In this document: positions 32,798 through 42,870 of the stretch, one piece after another
How positions within the stretch are numbered: position 1 is the stretch's first letter
Layout: each line of letters opens with the position of its first letter
NCBI GenBank assembly: GCA_031289815.1
Contig: JAITOS010000043.1
Coordinates: 1 to 58,452, forward strand
Source of the DNA: Peptococcaceae bacterium
GTDB taxonomy: Bacteria; Bacillota; Desulfitobacteriia; Desulfitobacteriales; Desulfitobacteriaceae
Direction: 5' to 3'
Length of the DNA stretch: 58,452 nt
Position numbers and translations under genes: made by a program
The notes under the pieces: model-generated
What the model was told of the DNA's origin: nothing
Databases searched by the model: none
Seen by the model: the letters and a program-made list of their open reading frames with translations, nothing else

Positions 32798-34038
32798 GCG
32801 GACAGCCCTCCTCCTAAGGCGTAGAGAGCTAATCTTTCCGGGGTCGCGACTTCAATATCATCCGGCACATTTTGCCCATTGGTAACATACGCAATCGGCA
32901 TGGAGGTCTGTTCGATCAAATTTAGCATATTGCCGGCGCACTGAGTTTCATCCAATTTAGAAATGATCAAATGATCCGCTAACAGCTGAAAGCGTTGAAT
33001 CACCTGAAGCATATCCTGCGTATTCATCGTCGCGCTCAAGACCAGCATGGATACGTCCGGCTTCGCCTTATCGATCAGCGCCCGCAATTCAGACATATGT
33101 AAATCATGCTGCGGGCTGCGCCCAGCCGTATCAATAAAGATCAATTCTTTATCCTTATGCTTCGCCAGAGCCTCTGCAATTCCCGCCGGCGCCATCACCA
33201 CCTCTACCGCGACGCCGATGATATCCCCAAAGGTCTTTAATTGCTCCACCGCCGCCACCCGATAGGTATCGGCGGTAATCAAGGCGACTTTCCGTTTGTC
33301 AACAATACTGAACCCGGCCGCTAATTTACCGATCGTCGTCGTTTTTCCCACGCCGGTCGGCCCAATCAGCGCCACCACGCACGGCTTGTCCTGCTCCAAC
33401 CGGATCGGCGTCGTATTGACGCACATTTTCGTGATAGAGTTCTTCAGGCTAAAATACACTGCGCTCCTGCTCCACCAATCTTCCTCCGTCACATCCTGCT
33501 GTACCTGGCGCAATAACTGGCGTATCAGCGGTTCCTGAATCCCCCGCTCTCTCAGATAATCGGCCCACGGCTGCAAAGGAGGCGACCATGCCATCTGATC
33601 TCCGCTAAAGTTCAGAATATTCTGATTCATTTTCTCCATCAACTGGCGCATTTGATCCAGCTCTTGCTTTAAGACGGCCGTGTCCCTCTCTCGCTCCACC
33701 TCCGCCTCTTGGAGCTTTCTGAGTTCTTTGGCTTCTTTCATCTTTATTCCTATTTCCTTTTCGATCTCTTTCTCTTTCTCTTTTTCTCTTTCTCTTTCTT
33801 TTTCCTCCGCTCTCTCCGCCGCCTTATGGAGCGGCGCTTCCTCCGGCATTTTTTTCACGGCCACCGGCTGATCTTCCACCGCCGCCGTAATCTCCACCCT
33901 CGTTCTGCCAAATAAACCGAAAAATCCGCCTTCCCGAAACTGCCGCGTTTGTAAAATAATCGCCTCCGAACCCAGTTCTCGTTTAATCCGGCCCATCGTT
34001 TCCGCGACATTGTCCCCCACAAATCTTTTAACTCTCAT
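32794..34038 (-). CDS. flhF: Flagellar biosynthesis GTPase FlhF (SRP-type)
   Basis: Start set at MRVKRF. G motifs GPTGVGKTTT, DTAGR and KLDET. A Lys/Glu-rich insertion lies in the N-terminal B-domain. Confidence 0.9.
   Translation of the reverse strand: MRVKRFVGDNVAETMGRIKRELGSEAIILQTRQFREGGFFGLFGRTRVEITAAVEDQPVAVKKMPEEAPLHKAAERAEEKEREREKEKEKEIEKEIGIKMKEAKELRKLQEAEVERERDTAVLKQELDQMRQLMEKMNQNILNFSGDQMAWSPPLQPWADYLRERGIQEPLIRQLLRQVQQDVTEEDWWSRSAVYFSLKNSITKMCVNTTPIRLEQDKPCVVALIGPTGVGKTTTIGKLAAGFSIVDKRKVALITADTYRVAAVEQLKTFGDIIGVAVEVVMAPAGIAEALAKHKDKELIFIDTAGRSPQHDLHMSELRALIDKAKPDVSMLVLSATMNTQDMLQVIQRFQLLADHLIISKLDETQCAGNMLNLIEQTSMPIAYVTNGQNVPDDIEVATPERLALYALGGGLSA
33728..33830. repeat. CT-rich simple-sequence tract inside flhF
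   Basis: ttctttcatctttattcctatttccttttcgatctctttctctttctctttttctctttctctttctttttcc encodes EKEREREKEKEKEIEKEI on the minus strand. Confidence 0.6.
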
Positions 34039-36094
34039 CTGCATTCACCATCCCCACCGCTTGAACTTCAATTCCCTGAATGAGCTCGTTATAGGATAAA
34101 ACCACCAGCTGCGGTAATTGCCGCTCCGTCATCTTTTTCAGATTGATCCTCACCATCGGCGCGCAAACCATCACCGGAACATAGCCGTTTAACATCATTT
34201 TCTCTGTTTCTTTGCTGATATTTTTAACCAATCGCTGGATCAGATTCGGATCCAAATTTACGAAACTGCCAAACTCCGCCGGCTGGATATTATTGAGGAT
34301 CTGTTGTTCCAACTGCGGATCGAGGGTCAGGACGCGCAGTTCTTTCTCTTTGCCGATGAGAGCCTGGACGATCTGTCTGGACAGGCTTTGCCGCGCATAC
34401 TCCGTCAAGCGGTCAATATCCTTGCCGAACACCGAGTAATCCGCCAACGTCTCCAAGACCGTCATCAGATCCTTGATCGATACCCTTTCACGCAGTAAAT
34501 TGCTCAGGATTTTTTGAATCTGACCCAAATTCAACAGATCCGGAATGAGTTCCTCCACGATGGCCGGCGCGTATTCTCTCACGTTATCCACCAACATCTT
34601 GACGTCTTGACGGGTGAGGATTTCCCCGGCGTGAATTTTAATGACCTCCGTCAGATGGGTCGCCAATACCGTTGGCGCGTCAACCACCGTACAACCCGCT
34701 GTTTCCGCCTGCTCCCGGTATTTTATATTGATCCATTTAGCGTCTAAGCCAAAGGCCGGTTCCTTGGTCGGCGTACCGGGAATACTGTCATCCTCAAAGC
34801 CGCTGCTCATGCAGAGATAATGATCCGCCAGCAAATCCCCGCCGGCGACTTCGGCGCCGCGCAGCTTAATCACATATTGATTCGCCGTCAGATTCATATT
34901 GTCCCGGATGCGGATCACCGGTACGATAAAACCAAGCTCCGCCGCAATTTGCCGCCGGATCAGCACCACTCTTTCCATGAAATCACCGCCCCGGTTCGCG
35001 TCTACCAAGGCGATCAGCGCGTATCCCAATTCAATCTCCATATTATCCACATGTAAGGCAGCCACAACATTTTCCGGTTTTTTGCTGTCTTCCAGTTCGA
35101 TCTCACTGGCGGTTTCCGTCTCTTTATCAGCGGCGGCGCGCATACTGCGCTGGATCATCAGGCCGGAGATCACCAGAAAAGCGGCTACGATAAACAGCGG
35201 TATCTTAGGCAATCCAAACAGGGCCAGGGCAATCAAAACCCCGCCCGTGATAAATAAGGCTCTCGGCGCTCTAAACATCTGTCTGGCGATATCCTGTCCC
35301 AGATTATTCTCTGAAGCGGCTCTGGTTACCACTAAGCCGGTCGAAGTCGAAATCAGCAGCGCCGGGATCTGCGAGACTAAGCCGTCGCCGATCGTCAGCA
35401 GGGTGTACTTATTTAACGCCTCCAGAATCGCCATATCCTTCATCACCACCCCGATGACAAAGCCGCCGATGATATTGATCACCAGGATGATAATCGCCGC
35501 GATAGCGTCTCCTTTCACGAACTTACTGGCGCCGTCCATCGCTCCGTAAAAATCCGCTTCCTGCTGGATCTTTTTACGGCGATCCTTCGCTCCCTGCTCA
35601 TTGATCAGTCCTGAATTCATATCGGCGTCAATCGCCATCTGTTTTCCGGGCATCGCGTCCAGGGTGAAGCGGGCGACGACTTCCGAAATCCGCTCCGCGC
35701 CTTTGGTAATGACGATAAACTGAACGATGACCAGGATGACGAAGACGATAAAGCCGACCACCGCGTTGCCGCGCACGACAAATTGGCCGAATTGCTGGAT
35801 GACGTCTCCCGCGTGTCCGTCCAGGAGAATCAACTTCGTCGCGGCGACGTTCAGCGATAAGCGAAATAAGGTCATCACCAGCAGTAAAGACGGCAAAACG
35901 GAAAACTCCAGCGGATCTTTGGTGAAGATCGCCAGCATCAGGGTCAATACAGCGCCGGTGATATTGATCGTAATCAATACGTCCAATAAATGCGCCGGCA
36001 AGGGGACGACCATCATAACGACGATCATCACCATCGCCAGACCGGCAAGTACATCGATATTCTCCATCCAACGCCGTCGAATTGCTGTAGCCAT
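34028..36094 (-). CDS. flhA: Flagellar type III export protein FlhA
   Basis: 688 aa. FHIPEP-type motifs (VARFTLDAMPGKQMAIDADL.., GAMDGASKFVKGDAIA). Confidence 0.97.
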   Translation of the reverse strand: MATAIRRRWMENIDVLAGLAMVMIVVMMVVPLPAHLLDVLITINITGAVLTLMLAIFTKDPLEFSVLPSLLLVMTLFRLSLNVAATKLILLDGHAGDVIQQFGQFVVRGNAVVGFIVFVILVIVQFIVITKGAERISEVVARFTLDAMPGKQMAIDADMNSGLINEQGAKDRRKKIQQEADFYGAMDGASKFVKGDAIAAIIILVINIIGGFVIGVVMKDMAILEALNKYTLLTIGDGLVSQIPALLISTSTGLVVTRAASENNLGQDIARQMFRAPRALFITGGVLIALALFGLPKIPLFIVAAFLVISGLMIQRSMRAAADKETETASEIELEDSKKPENVVAALHVDNMEIELGYALIALVDANRGGDFMERVVLIRRQIAAELGFIVPVIRIRDNMNLTANQYVIKLRGAEVAGGDLLADHYLCMSSGFEDDSIPGTPTKEPAFGLDAKWINIKYREQAETAGCTVVDAPTVLATHLTEVIKIHAGEILTRQDVKMLVDNVREYAPAIVEELIPDLLNLGQIQKILSNLLRERVSIKDLMTVLETLADYSVFGKDIDRLTEYARQSLSRQIVQALIGKEKELRVLTLDPQLEQQILNNIQPAEFGSFVNLDPNLIQRLVKNISKETEKMMLNGYVPVMVCAPMVRINLKKMTERQLPQLVVLSYNELIQGIEVQAVGMVNADES

Positions 36095-36114
36095 GCGTTC
36101 CCTCCTGAATGATA

Positions 36115-37176
36115 TTAAGCCATCCGTCTCTTTTTCTTGAGCCGATAAACGAAAGCCAAGACTTCCGCCACGGCTTTATACAAATCCGCCGGCACTTTCT
36201 GACCGATCTCTACCTTGCTGTATAAAACACGCGCCAACGGTTTATTCTCTACAATCACAATGTCGTATTCTTTCGCCTTTTCCTTGATCCTTAAAGCCAC
36301 TTCATCCCGCCCCTTCGCCAGGACATAGGGAGCGTCTTTCTCGGTCAATGCATATCGTAAAGCGACGGCGAAATGCGTCGGGTTGGTAATGACCACATCC
36401 GCCTTTGCCACATCCTGCATCATGCGCCGCATAGACAAGGCCCGCTGCTTCTTCTTGATCTCCGCTTTCAACTGAGGATTACCCTCGGTCTGTTTGTATT
36501 CGTCTTTTAAATCCTGATGGGACATCCGCAAATTTTTCTCATAATCCCACCATTGGTACAAGTAGTCGATGACGGCAATGATCAGAAAGGCCAACGCAAT
36601 CTTCCAGGCCATCGTTTGCAGGGCGCTTCCCAGCAAAATCGCCCCCTGCCGGACGTCAATCTGCTGTAGAGCCGGAAAAACTTCCATGTTATCCCGAATA
36701 CAGGCGTAAAGAAAATAGCCGATAATGGATACCTTAAACAGTGATTTGCCCAGCTCGACCCACGCCCGGACGCCGAACATCCGCTTGGCGCCTTTCATTG
36801 GGCTGATTCTGGAGAGCTGCGGTTTGAGAGGTTCGATCGTAAACAGCCCTTTGACCTGAAAGTAATTGGCGGCCGTCGCCACAGCTACCCCGACCGCGAA
36901 GAAAGGGGCGGCTACCTGAACCCCAATGAACAACACGTTCAGCATCAAGCTGGCAATGGATTTGATCGTCCAATCCGCCGACAGACCGTAGGTATAGGTC
37001 ATCAGCTGCGACATTTTCACCACCATCGGCGAGGCCCAGATCTTTAACAGCAGGACAAAGGCCAAAAGCATGAGCGCGGAAACGATCTCCTGGCTGCGGA
37101 GGACTTGCCCTTTTTTACGCGCGTCCTGGCGCTTGCGCGGAGTCGCTGTAAATATTTTCTCGCTCAAGGACCCCAC
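36115..37176 (-). CDS. flhB: Flagellar type III export protein FlhB
   Basis: 353 aa. Autocleavage site NPTH (VITNPTHFAVAL). GTG start overlaps the fliR end. Confidence 0.95.
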   Translation of the reverse strand: MGSLSEKIFTATPRKRQDARKKGQVLRSQEIVSALMLLAFVLLLKIWASPMVVKMSQLMTYTYGLSADWTIKSIASLMLNVLFIGVQVAAPFFAVGVAVATAANYFQVKGLFTIEPLKPQLSRISPMKGAKRMFGVRAWVELGKSLFKVSIIGYFLYACIRDNMEVFPALQQIDVRQGAILLGSALQTMAWKIALAFLIIAVIDYLYQWWDYEKNLRMSHQDLKDEYKQTEGNPQLKAEIKKKQRALSMRRMMQDVAKADVVITNPTHFAVALRYALTEKDAPYVLAKGRDEVALRIKEKAKEYDIVIVENKPLARVLYSKVEIGQKVPADLYKAVAEVLAFVYRLKKKRRMA

Positions 37177-37943
37177 CCCCTAAACAGTTCATACAGCCAG
37201 ACCATATTGGTTCTAAACAGCTGATTGACGGTTTCGCCAAAGAGCAGCATCGACAGGAACAGGAGGATAAAACCAAAAATAATCTTTACCGGAAATATAA
37301 CGGACATAATATTTAACTGCGGAACCGTTCTCGACAACAGCCCCACGCCGACGTCCGCCAGCACCAGCGCCCCGAAAACCGGTAAAGCGATTTGAATCGA
37401 CATACTGAAGACTTGCAGGATCAGGGAGATACAAAAATCCGCCCCGAGCGTAATCCCGCTCGCCACAATCGGCACAAAGGTGTAGCTTTTGGCCATCGCG
37501 GCGATCATGATATGGTGCGCGTTAAACGCCAAAAGCAGCATTGTCGTTAAAATCATCTGGAAGTTGGCGATCACGGGACTTTGCGTCCCGTTCACCGGGT
37601 CCAGAAAATTTCCCATGAGAAAGCCCATTTGAAAGGCAATGAGCTGCCCCGCTCCCTGGATGACCGACGTGACCAGAGAGATCACGAAGCCGATCACCAA
37701 GCCAAATAAGAGTTCTTTGATCAATACCCCCACATAGGGCAGGGTCTCCTGCGGTATCTCCACCTGAGTGCCCAGCAGCAGGGGATACATGACCGCGGTA
37801 ATACTCACCACCAATCCCAATTTAACCAGCACCGGAACCCCGCGGGCGCCAAAGACCGGCGCCAGCATAATCATACCGCCCCAACGGGCGAAGATCAGAA
37901 AGAAAAACGAAAGGTTCCATTGCAGCAGCTGCGCTAAATCCAA
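37164..37943 (-). CDS. fliR: Flagellar type III export protein FliR
   Basis: 259 aa, polytopic, TTG start, located between fliQ and flhB. The R..G.....P.F motif is present. Confidence 0.9.
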   Translation of the reverse strand: MDLAQLLQWNLSFFFLIFARWGGMIMLAPVFGARGVPVLVKLGLVVSITAVMYPLLLGTQVEIPQETLPYVGVLIKELLFGLVIGFVISLVTSVIQGAGQLIAFQMGFLMGNFLDPVNGTQSPVIANFQMILTTMLLLAFNAHHIMIAAMAKSYTFVPIVASGITLGADFCISLILQVFSMSIQIALPVFGALVLADVGVGLLSRTVPQLNIMSVIFPVKIIFGFILLFLSMLLFGETVNQLFRTNMVWLYELFRGWGP

Positions 37944-37965
37944 AACCCCGTTCCCCTTTCCTCAC

Positions 37966-38238
37966 TCAAAAATTGGCGTATGCCGGTAAGTTCATAAACA
38001 GATTGGCCGTATAGCTGGTCAAAACCCCCAGCATCCACGAGCCAAGCGTCAACATGACCAAAATCATGGCCAGAATCTTGGGAATGAACGACAGCGTCTG
38101 TTCCTGAATCTGGGTCATCGCCTGAAACATGCTGACGGTCAACCCCACGATCAGACTGACCCCCAAAATGGGCCCGCCGACCATGATCGCTGTTCCTAAC
38201 GCTTCTTTGGCCAGATATAAAACATCATTTTGGCTCAC
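37966..38238 (-). CDS. fliQ: Flagellar type III export protein FliQ
   Basis: 90 aa, two TM segments. A.TQIQEQTL.F.PK motif. GTG start with ggaggt. Confidence 0.92.
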   Translation of the reverse strand: MSQNDVLYLAKEALGTAIMVGGPILGVSLIVGLTVSMFQAMTQIQEQTLSFIPKILAMILVMLTLGSWMLGVLTSYTANLFMNLPAYANF

Positions 38239-38322
38239 AATTAACCTCCATCACCTGTCAAAACCTCAAGGATTTTTTCTTTATGTAGCTCAGCGCGTCA
38301 TCCCGCCAATCACCGCAGATCG

Positions 38323-39126
38323 TCAGTGAAAACTGTTCAGCAAGGCCTGCACCACCAGATGCCAGCCATCCACCAGCACAAACAGCATCAGTTTAAACGG
38401 CAACGAAATCATCATCGGCGGCAACATCATCATCCCCATCGACATCAGTACGCTGGAAACGATCATATCAATGATAATAAAGGGGATGAATATCGCAAAG
38501 CCCATCTGAAACGCGGTCTTCAACTCACTGATCACGAACGCCGGAATGAGCACATAGGTCGGCACGTCGCGGTAGGTCGCCGGTTGTTGCTCCATCTTCG
38601 CCATACTCACAAAAAGCTCCAGATCCTTCTCCCGCGTCTGCCTGATCATGAAAGCGCGCAATGGCGCTTCCGCTCTGCTCAAAGCCTCGGTTTGGGTAAT
38701 CTCGCTCTGCATATAGGGCTGCAAAGCCTCCGCATTAATCTGATTCCAGGTCGGCGCCATCACAAAAAATGTAAGAAACAACGCCAGCCCGACGATCACC
38801 TGATTCGGCGGCAGCTGCTGCGTTCCCAAGGCGTTTCTGACAAAAGACAGGATGATAACCGTCCGGGTAAAGGAAGTCATCAGAACCAATATCGCCGGCG
38901 CGATCGATAAGACCGTCAGCAACAGCAATAACTGCAACGAAGCGCTGGTCTGTTCCCCGGGAGTATTCCCCAGATCCAGGTTTAAGGCGGCGGCCAGAAC
39001 CGGACGCTCAGACGCGGCCAGAAAAACCACGATAAACGCCAGAGTCACTCCGGCCAGGAAACATTTTTTCCAACCGCGCAACCGCCCGTACAGCCGAACG
39101 GCATTCCCCTCACAGCTTGTCCGCAT
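38323..39126 (-). CDS. fliP: Flagellar type III export protein FliP
   Basis: Start set at MRTSCEG (ggaggag upstream), overlapping the fliO end. Motifs LLT.LS.AP..L.M.TSFTR..I.LSF.R.ALG and FMLGF.I..PF..ID..V.S.LMSMGMMMLPP. Confidence 0.93.
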   Translation of the reverse strand: MRTSCEGNAVRLYGRLRGWKKCFLAGVTLAFIVVFLAASERPVLAAALNLDLGNTPGEQTSASLQLLLLLTVLSIAPAILVLMTSFTRTVIILSFVRNALGTQQLPPNQVIVGLALFLTFFVMAPTWNQINAEALQPYMQSEITQTEALSRAEAPLRAFMIRQTREKDLELFVSMAKMEQQPATYRDVPTYVLIPAFVISELKTAFQMGFAIFIPFIIIDMIVSSVLMSMGMMMLPPMMISLPFKLMLFVLVDGWHLVVQALLNSFH

Positions 39127-39601
39127 GATCTTTCTCCTCCAGCATCCTTTGCAGCTCGGAATCAAAGGGTCGCCGCCTCTTTTTCCCGTAAAACAACCGC
39201 CGCCAGAATGTATTCGCCAGACTTTCCGGTCTGGATTCGGAACGATGGGCAATCTCATCGATGATTTCCGCCACCGCCTCCAGATCTTCAATCTCCGCGA
39301 TCTTTACTAAGCTATGATCGGATCCGCCCAAGACTTGAAATTTTCCCGCGATCTCCACCAGATAGAGCGTCTGCTGCCCACCCAAAGATTGGCGATCCAA
39401 CACCCGGGCCCAGGAAGAATCCAAGCCGCTGAACTGGGAACGGTTTAAACGCCGGATGATCCAAAGCACCACTACCAGGATCAGGAGAAAGACGACAATA
39501 TACGCGAACACTCCCCCCCAGGAAAAATCCGGCAGCTGCGTCCCCACGTCAGCGCCACCGCTCAGATATGGACTGTCCTCAATACTCTCAGCACTTTTCA
39601 T
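39110..39601 (-). CDS. fliO: Flagellar biosynthesis protein FliO/FliZ
   Basis: 163 aa. Single TM segment followed by the conserved LYLVE.AG....LG region. Located between cheY and fliP as in Bacillus. Confidence 0.65.
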   Translation of the reverse strand: MKSAESIEDSPYLSGGADVGTQLPDFSWGGVFAYIVVFLLILVVVLWIIRRLNRSQFSGLDSSWARVLDRQSLGGQQTLYLVEIAGKFQVLGGSDHSLVKIAEIEDLEAVAEIIDEIAHRSESRPESLANTFWRRLFYGKKRRRPFDSELQRMLEEKDHADKL

Positions 39602-39603
39602 CG

Positions 39604-39966
39604 TTATTTCAAGGCCTTATTCACGGCTTCCAGCACACGATCCGGTTGAAACGGTTTAACCACAAAGTCCCTCGCCCCGGATTGAATCGCTTCAATAACC
39701 ATCGACTGCTGCCCCATCGCGCTACACATAATAATCCGGGCCTGCGGATCTAATTTCCGTATTTCCTTTACCGCCTGAAGACCGTCCATCTCCGGCATCG
39801 TGATATCCATGACGGTGAGCTCAGGCTTTAGCTCCATATACTTACTTACGGCCACCGCCCCGTTTTCCGCCTCTCCGGCAATCGTAAACCCATTCTTTGT
39901 CAGGATATCTTTCAGCATCATCCGCATAAAAGCCGCATCATCTACGATCAGGATATTTGCGCTCAC
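39604..39966 (-). CDS. cheY: Chemotaxis response regulator CheY
   Basis: 120 aa, single REC domain. ILIVDD, DITMPEMDG, and K in FVVKPF. GTG start with gaggagga. Confidence 0.92.
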   Translation of the reverse strand: MSANILIVDDAAFMRMMLKDILTKNGFTIAGEAENGAVAVSKYMELKPELTVMDITMPEMDGLQAVKEIRKLDPQARIIMCSAMGQQSMVIEAIQSGARDFVVKPFQPDRVLEAVNKALK

Positions 39967-39994
39967 TTTTTTTCCTCCTCTACTATCAATAATC

Positions 39995-41200
39995 TCAATT
40001 TAAATTCCTTACCCGTTCCGCCTGTTGAATAATATCGGTAATGCGTACTCCAAAGGATTCGTTCATCACCACCACTTCACATTTAGCGATCAGCTTGCCG
40101 TTCACGATCATATCCACCGGTTCGCCCGCCAATCTGTCAAGTTCGATGACTGAACCGGGACCCAACGCCAGAATATCCTTAATCGTCTTTTTGGCCTTGC
40201 CTAATTCAATACTCAATTGCAGCGGCACGTCCAGGATAAGACCCAGATTATCCGGAACCGCTCCCGTATACCCCGGCTGCAAAGGAGTAAATTGCGCCGG
40301 TTGCACCGAAGCGGGCGGTACGCCGTAGGCGGATGGCGAAGGCGGTATATAGCCGTATCCTCCCGTTCCCGTTGTTTCCGCCAAGGTCGCCGACGCTTCC
40401 ACTCTGGAAGGTTCATTGGGAGGAGGCGTCATCTCCAGCGACATTTCCGGCGGGCCGCCCGGCGGCATAGTGGACGCTTCAATCTGACTGGCTTCCAGCA
40501 TCAGTTTGCTGACAATATGTCTCGCTACGCTTACCGGAAAAACCTGAACCAGCGTACTGTCGATCACCGTTCCCACCACCATGCGGAAAGACACGCGAAC
40601 CATCTCTTCATTCCCGGTAAAATGAGTGCCCTGCGCTTCCGACAGATCGCACAGTTCTAACTCCGGCGGCGTAATATCCACCGCCTCATTAAACATCTGC
40701 GACATCGACGTCGCCGCCGAACCCATCATTTGGTTCATCGCTTCCGAAATCCCGCTGATCTGCAATTCTGTAAGTTCGGCGGAATCAATCTTCCCTTCTC
40801 CCCCCATCATCAGATCAACGATAATCGCCCCGTCCTTTTGGGAAAGGATCATCAGATTGGAGCCCTCGATTCCCATTCTGTACTTGACGTTCACAATCAC
40901 GCACGGTAACGGATAGGCCTGACGGATGCTTTCCGTGTTCGTGACATCTACTTTCGGCGTCGTGATTTCCACTTTTTTATTTAACAGCAGGGACAGGGTC
41001 GTAGCGGCCGTCCCCATGGAAATATTCGCAATTTCTCCCAAAGCGTCCAATTCCATCGTTGACAGCGCTCCCATATCTTGCGCGGCGGCTTGTCCGGCTG
41101 GCTGTTCAAACGACGGGGCCGTCCCCTCATCCGCTTTTGCTTCATCGCCGCCCCCAAGCAAAGCGTCGATTTCTTCCTGGGATAGCATTCCACTGTTCAT
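39995..41200 (-). CDS. fliY: Flagellar motor switch phosphatase FliY (CheC-like domain plus FliN C-terminal domain)
   Basis: 401 aa. N-terminal LSQEEIDALL, CheC-like motifs (DALGEI.NISMG.AAT), a Pro-rich linker, and C-terminal FliN/SpoA (L.LGPGSVIELD...GEPVD..VNG.LIA.GEVVV). Confidence 0.9.
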   Translation of the reverse strand: MNSGMLSQEEIDALLGGGDEAKADEGTAPSFEQPAGQAAAQDMGALSTMELDALGEIANISMGTAATTLSLLLNKKVEITTPKVDVTNTESIRQAYPLPCVIVNVKYRMGIEGSNLMILSQKDGAIIVDLMMGGEGKIDSAELTELQISGISEAMNQMMGSAATSMSQMFNEAVDITPPELELCDLSEAQGTHFTGNEEMVRVSFRMVVGTVIDSTLVQVFPVSVARHIVSKLMLEASQIEASTMPPGGPPEMSLEMTPPPNEPSRVEASATLAETTGTGGYGYIPPSPSAYGVPPASVQPAQFTPLQPGYTGAVPDNLGLILDVPLQLSIELGKAKKTIKDILALGPGSVIELDRLAGEPVDMIVNGKLIAKCEVVVMNESFGVRITDIIQQAERVRNLN

Positions 41201-41201
41201 C

Positions 41202-42185
41202 TTAATCCCTTCCTTCCGTAATGACTTCCGTTAATTTCACCGCCAGCCGCCCGCCGTGTAAGCCTGGTATTCCCTGAAATTTAATGAAATTCCCCACCGA
41301 CACCGGCAACGGTTCCTGCACCAATTGATTCAGTGGAATGATATCCCCCGGCGTCAGTTCCAGCAAATCCTTGACGGTAATCTCCGCCTTCCCCAAACAA
41401 GTAGACATATCAATCATGGCGTGCTCGATATTGTGCCGGATTTGAACGGCTTGCGCCGGCGATCTTTCTTTGGCCTGGGTAGAAAACAGGAAAAATGTAC
41501 TCAGCTTGCCAAGAATCGGTTCCATCGCCAGATACGGAAAACAAATATTCAGCATTCCCACCGTATCTCCGATCGTGATCTCCAGCGTCGCCAGCACGAT
41601 CATTTCATTCGGCGCGATAATCTGAGTAAACTGGGGATTCGTTTCCATCGCCACCAGCTGCGGTTCAAACTGAGCGACCTCGTTCCAGGCCTCAGCGTTC
41701 AATTGGATGACGTGCAACAACCGCTGCTCGATGATGATGCGTTCGATCTCCGTCAAAGCCCGGTTCCGCTCGGAAGACTGCCCTGAGCCGCCCAGCAAAC
41801 GCTCGATAATCGCGAAAGCAATGGAAGGACTCATCTCCATCAGCATATTGCCTTCCAGGGGATTAAACTTAAACACCCCCAGAATCGTCGGATTCGGCAA
41901 AGAACGAATGAACTCATCATACGTGATTTGCTCAATCGATACAACCTTCATATCAATCGGCACGTGCAAATGCGCTGTAAAATAGCTGGTAAGCGCGCGG
42001 CAATAATTCTCATGAATGTTTTGCAGCGTTCGGATCTGATCTTTAGAAAACTTATTCGGACGCTTAAAATCATACACACGAATGCGCTGCTGCTTGTTCG
42101 ATTTGATTTCCTCCGCGTCAACCTGCCCGTCAGACAACGCGTTCAATAATGCATCGATTTCATTTTGCGATAAAACATCAGCCAT
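41202..42185 (-). CDS. fliM: Flagellar motor switch protein FliM
   Basis: 327 aa. N-terminal CheY-P binding LSQNEIDALL, then the FliM core. Confidence 0.93.
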   Translation of the reverse strand: MADVLSQNEIDALLNALSDGQVDAEEIKSNKQQRIRVYDFKRPNKFSKDQIRTLQNIHENYCRALTSYFTAHLHVPIDMKVVSIEQITYDEFIRSLPNPTILGVFKFNPLEGNMLMEMSPSIAFAIIERLLGGSGQSSERNRALTEIERIIIEQRLLHVIQLNAEAWNEVAQFEPQLVAMETNPQFTQIIAPNEMIVLATLEITIGDTVGMLNICFPYLAMEPILGKLSTFFLFSTQAKERSPAQAVQIRHNIEHAMIDMSTCLGKAEITVKDLLELTPGDIIPLNQLVQEPLPVSVGNFIKFQGIPGLHGGRLAVKLTEVITEGRD

Positions 42186-42218
42186 AAAATCTCCCCTTTA
42201 GAACATCCCCTCTGGAAT

Positions 42219-42635
42219 TTACTGATAGACATAGGTTGTAAATAAGACGTTCTGAACCATCTGGCCGCTAACCTCATTCAATTGGGTCAACAGTTCCTGA
42301 CGCAATTTCTCAATGGCCTCCTGGGTCGTTACATCCGTCACCGATTTACCCGTCATCACGGAAATGACCCGATCTCTCAGAAAAGCCTCCTTGGCGGTCA
42401 GCTGTTCCGCGGATTTTTCGTCCACCCCTTCGAGCGAGATATTCATCTTAAAGTACGACCCGCCTTTTAAGTTGATGGTAAAATCCCCGATCGAAACGAC
42501 CGGCCCGTCTTTGTGCGGCTTCACCGCGTCCTCGCTGCTCCCTAAAAACTTGGGGCCGACGACAAAAGCTCCCAGCGCGACCGAAGCGATAATAATAACA
42601 ACCAGGACCAGAATCATGACTAATTTGTTTTTCAT
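42219..42635 (-). CDS. fliL: Flagellar basal body-associated protein FliL
   Basis: 138 aa. Single TM segment, then F.INL......Y.K..I.LE and LRD.V..... pattern. Confidence 0.85.
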   Translation of the reverse strand: MKNKLVMILVLVVIIIASVALGAFVVGPKFLGSSEDAVKPHKDGPVVSIGDFTINLKGGSYFKMNISLEGVDEKSAEQLTAKEAFLRDRVISVMTGKSVTDVTTQEAIEKLRQELLTQLNEVSGQMVQNVLFTTYVYQ

Positions 42636-42654
42636 AACAGTTTATCTCTCCAAT

Positions 42655-42870
42655 TCACAGAATCAGTTCTTCTTCTCTGGATTTTATCTCAGGATGGCAG
42701 CGCCGGCGAAATTTGGCAATCCGTTCGATCAGCGTCTCCAGTGATTCCGTTAAAATATACCGGTTCCCGGTGGTCAGCATCACTACCGTATCCGGCGTCG
42801 CTTCCATCGTTTCGATCAAATCACTGTTAATGACAAACTGTTTTCCGTTCAGACGCGTCACATAAATCAA
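42655..42870 (-). CDS. flbD: Flagellar protein FlbD
   Basis: Start set at in-frame TTG 42870 (agaggtga upstream), giving (M)IYVTRLNGKQFVINSDLIETMEATPDTVVMLTTGNRYILTESLETLIERI, typical FlbD. The longer listed ORF overlaps fliJ. Confidence 0.8.
   Translation of the reverse strand: MIYVTRLNGKQFVINSDLIETMEATPDTVVMLTTGNRYILTESLETLIERIAKFRRRCHPEIKSREEELIL

Noticed and set aside
33273-33300. GCCGATA on the minus strand inside flhF, considered as an internal sigma-28 promoter for flhG
   Set aside because: The -35 position reads GAAA rather than TAAA and the site is within coding sequence. The evidence is insufficient.
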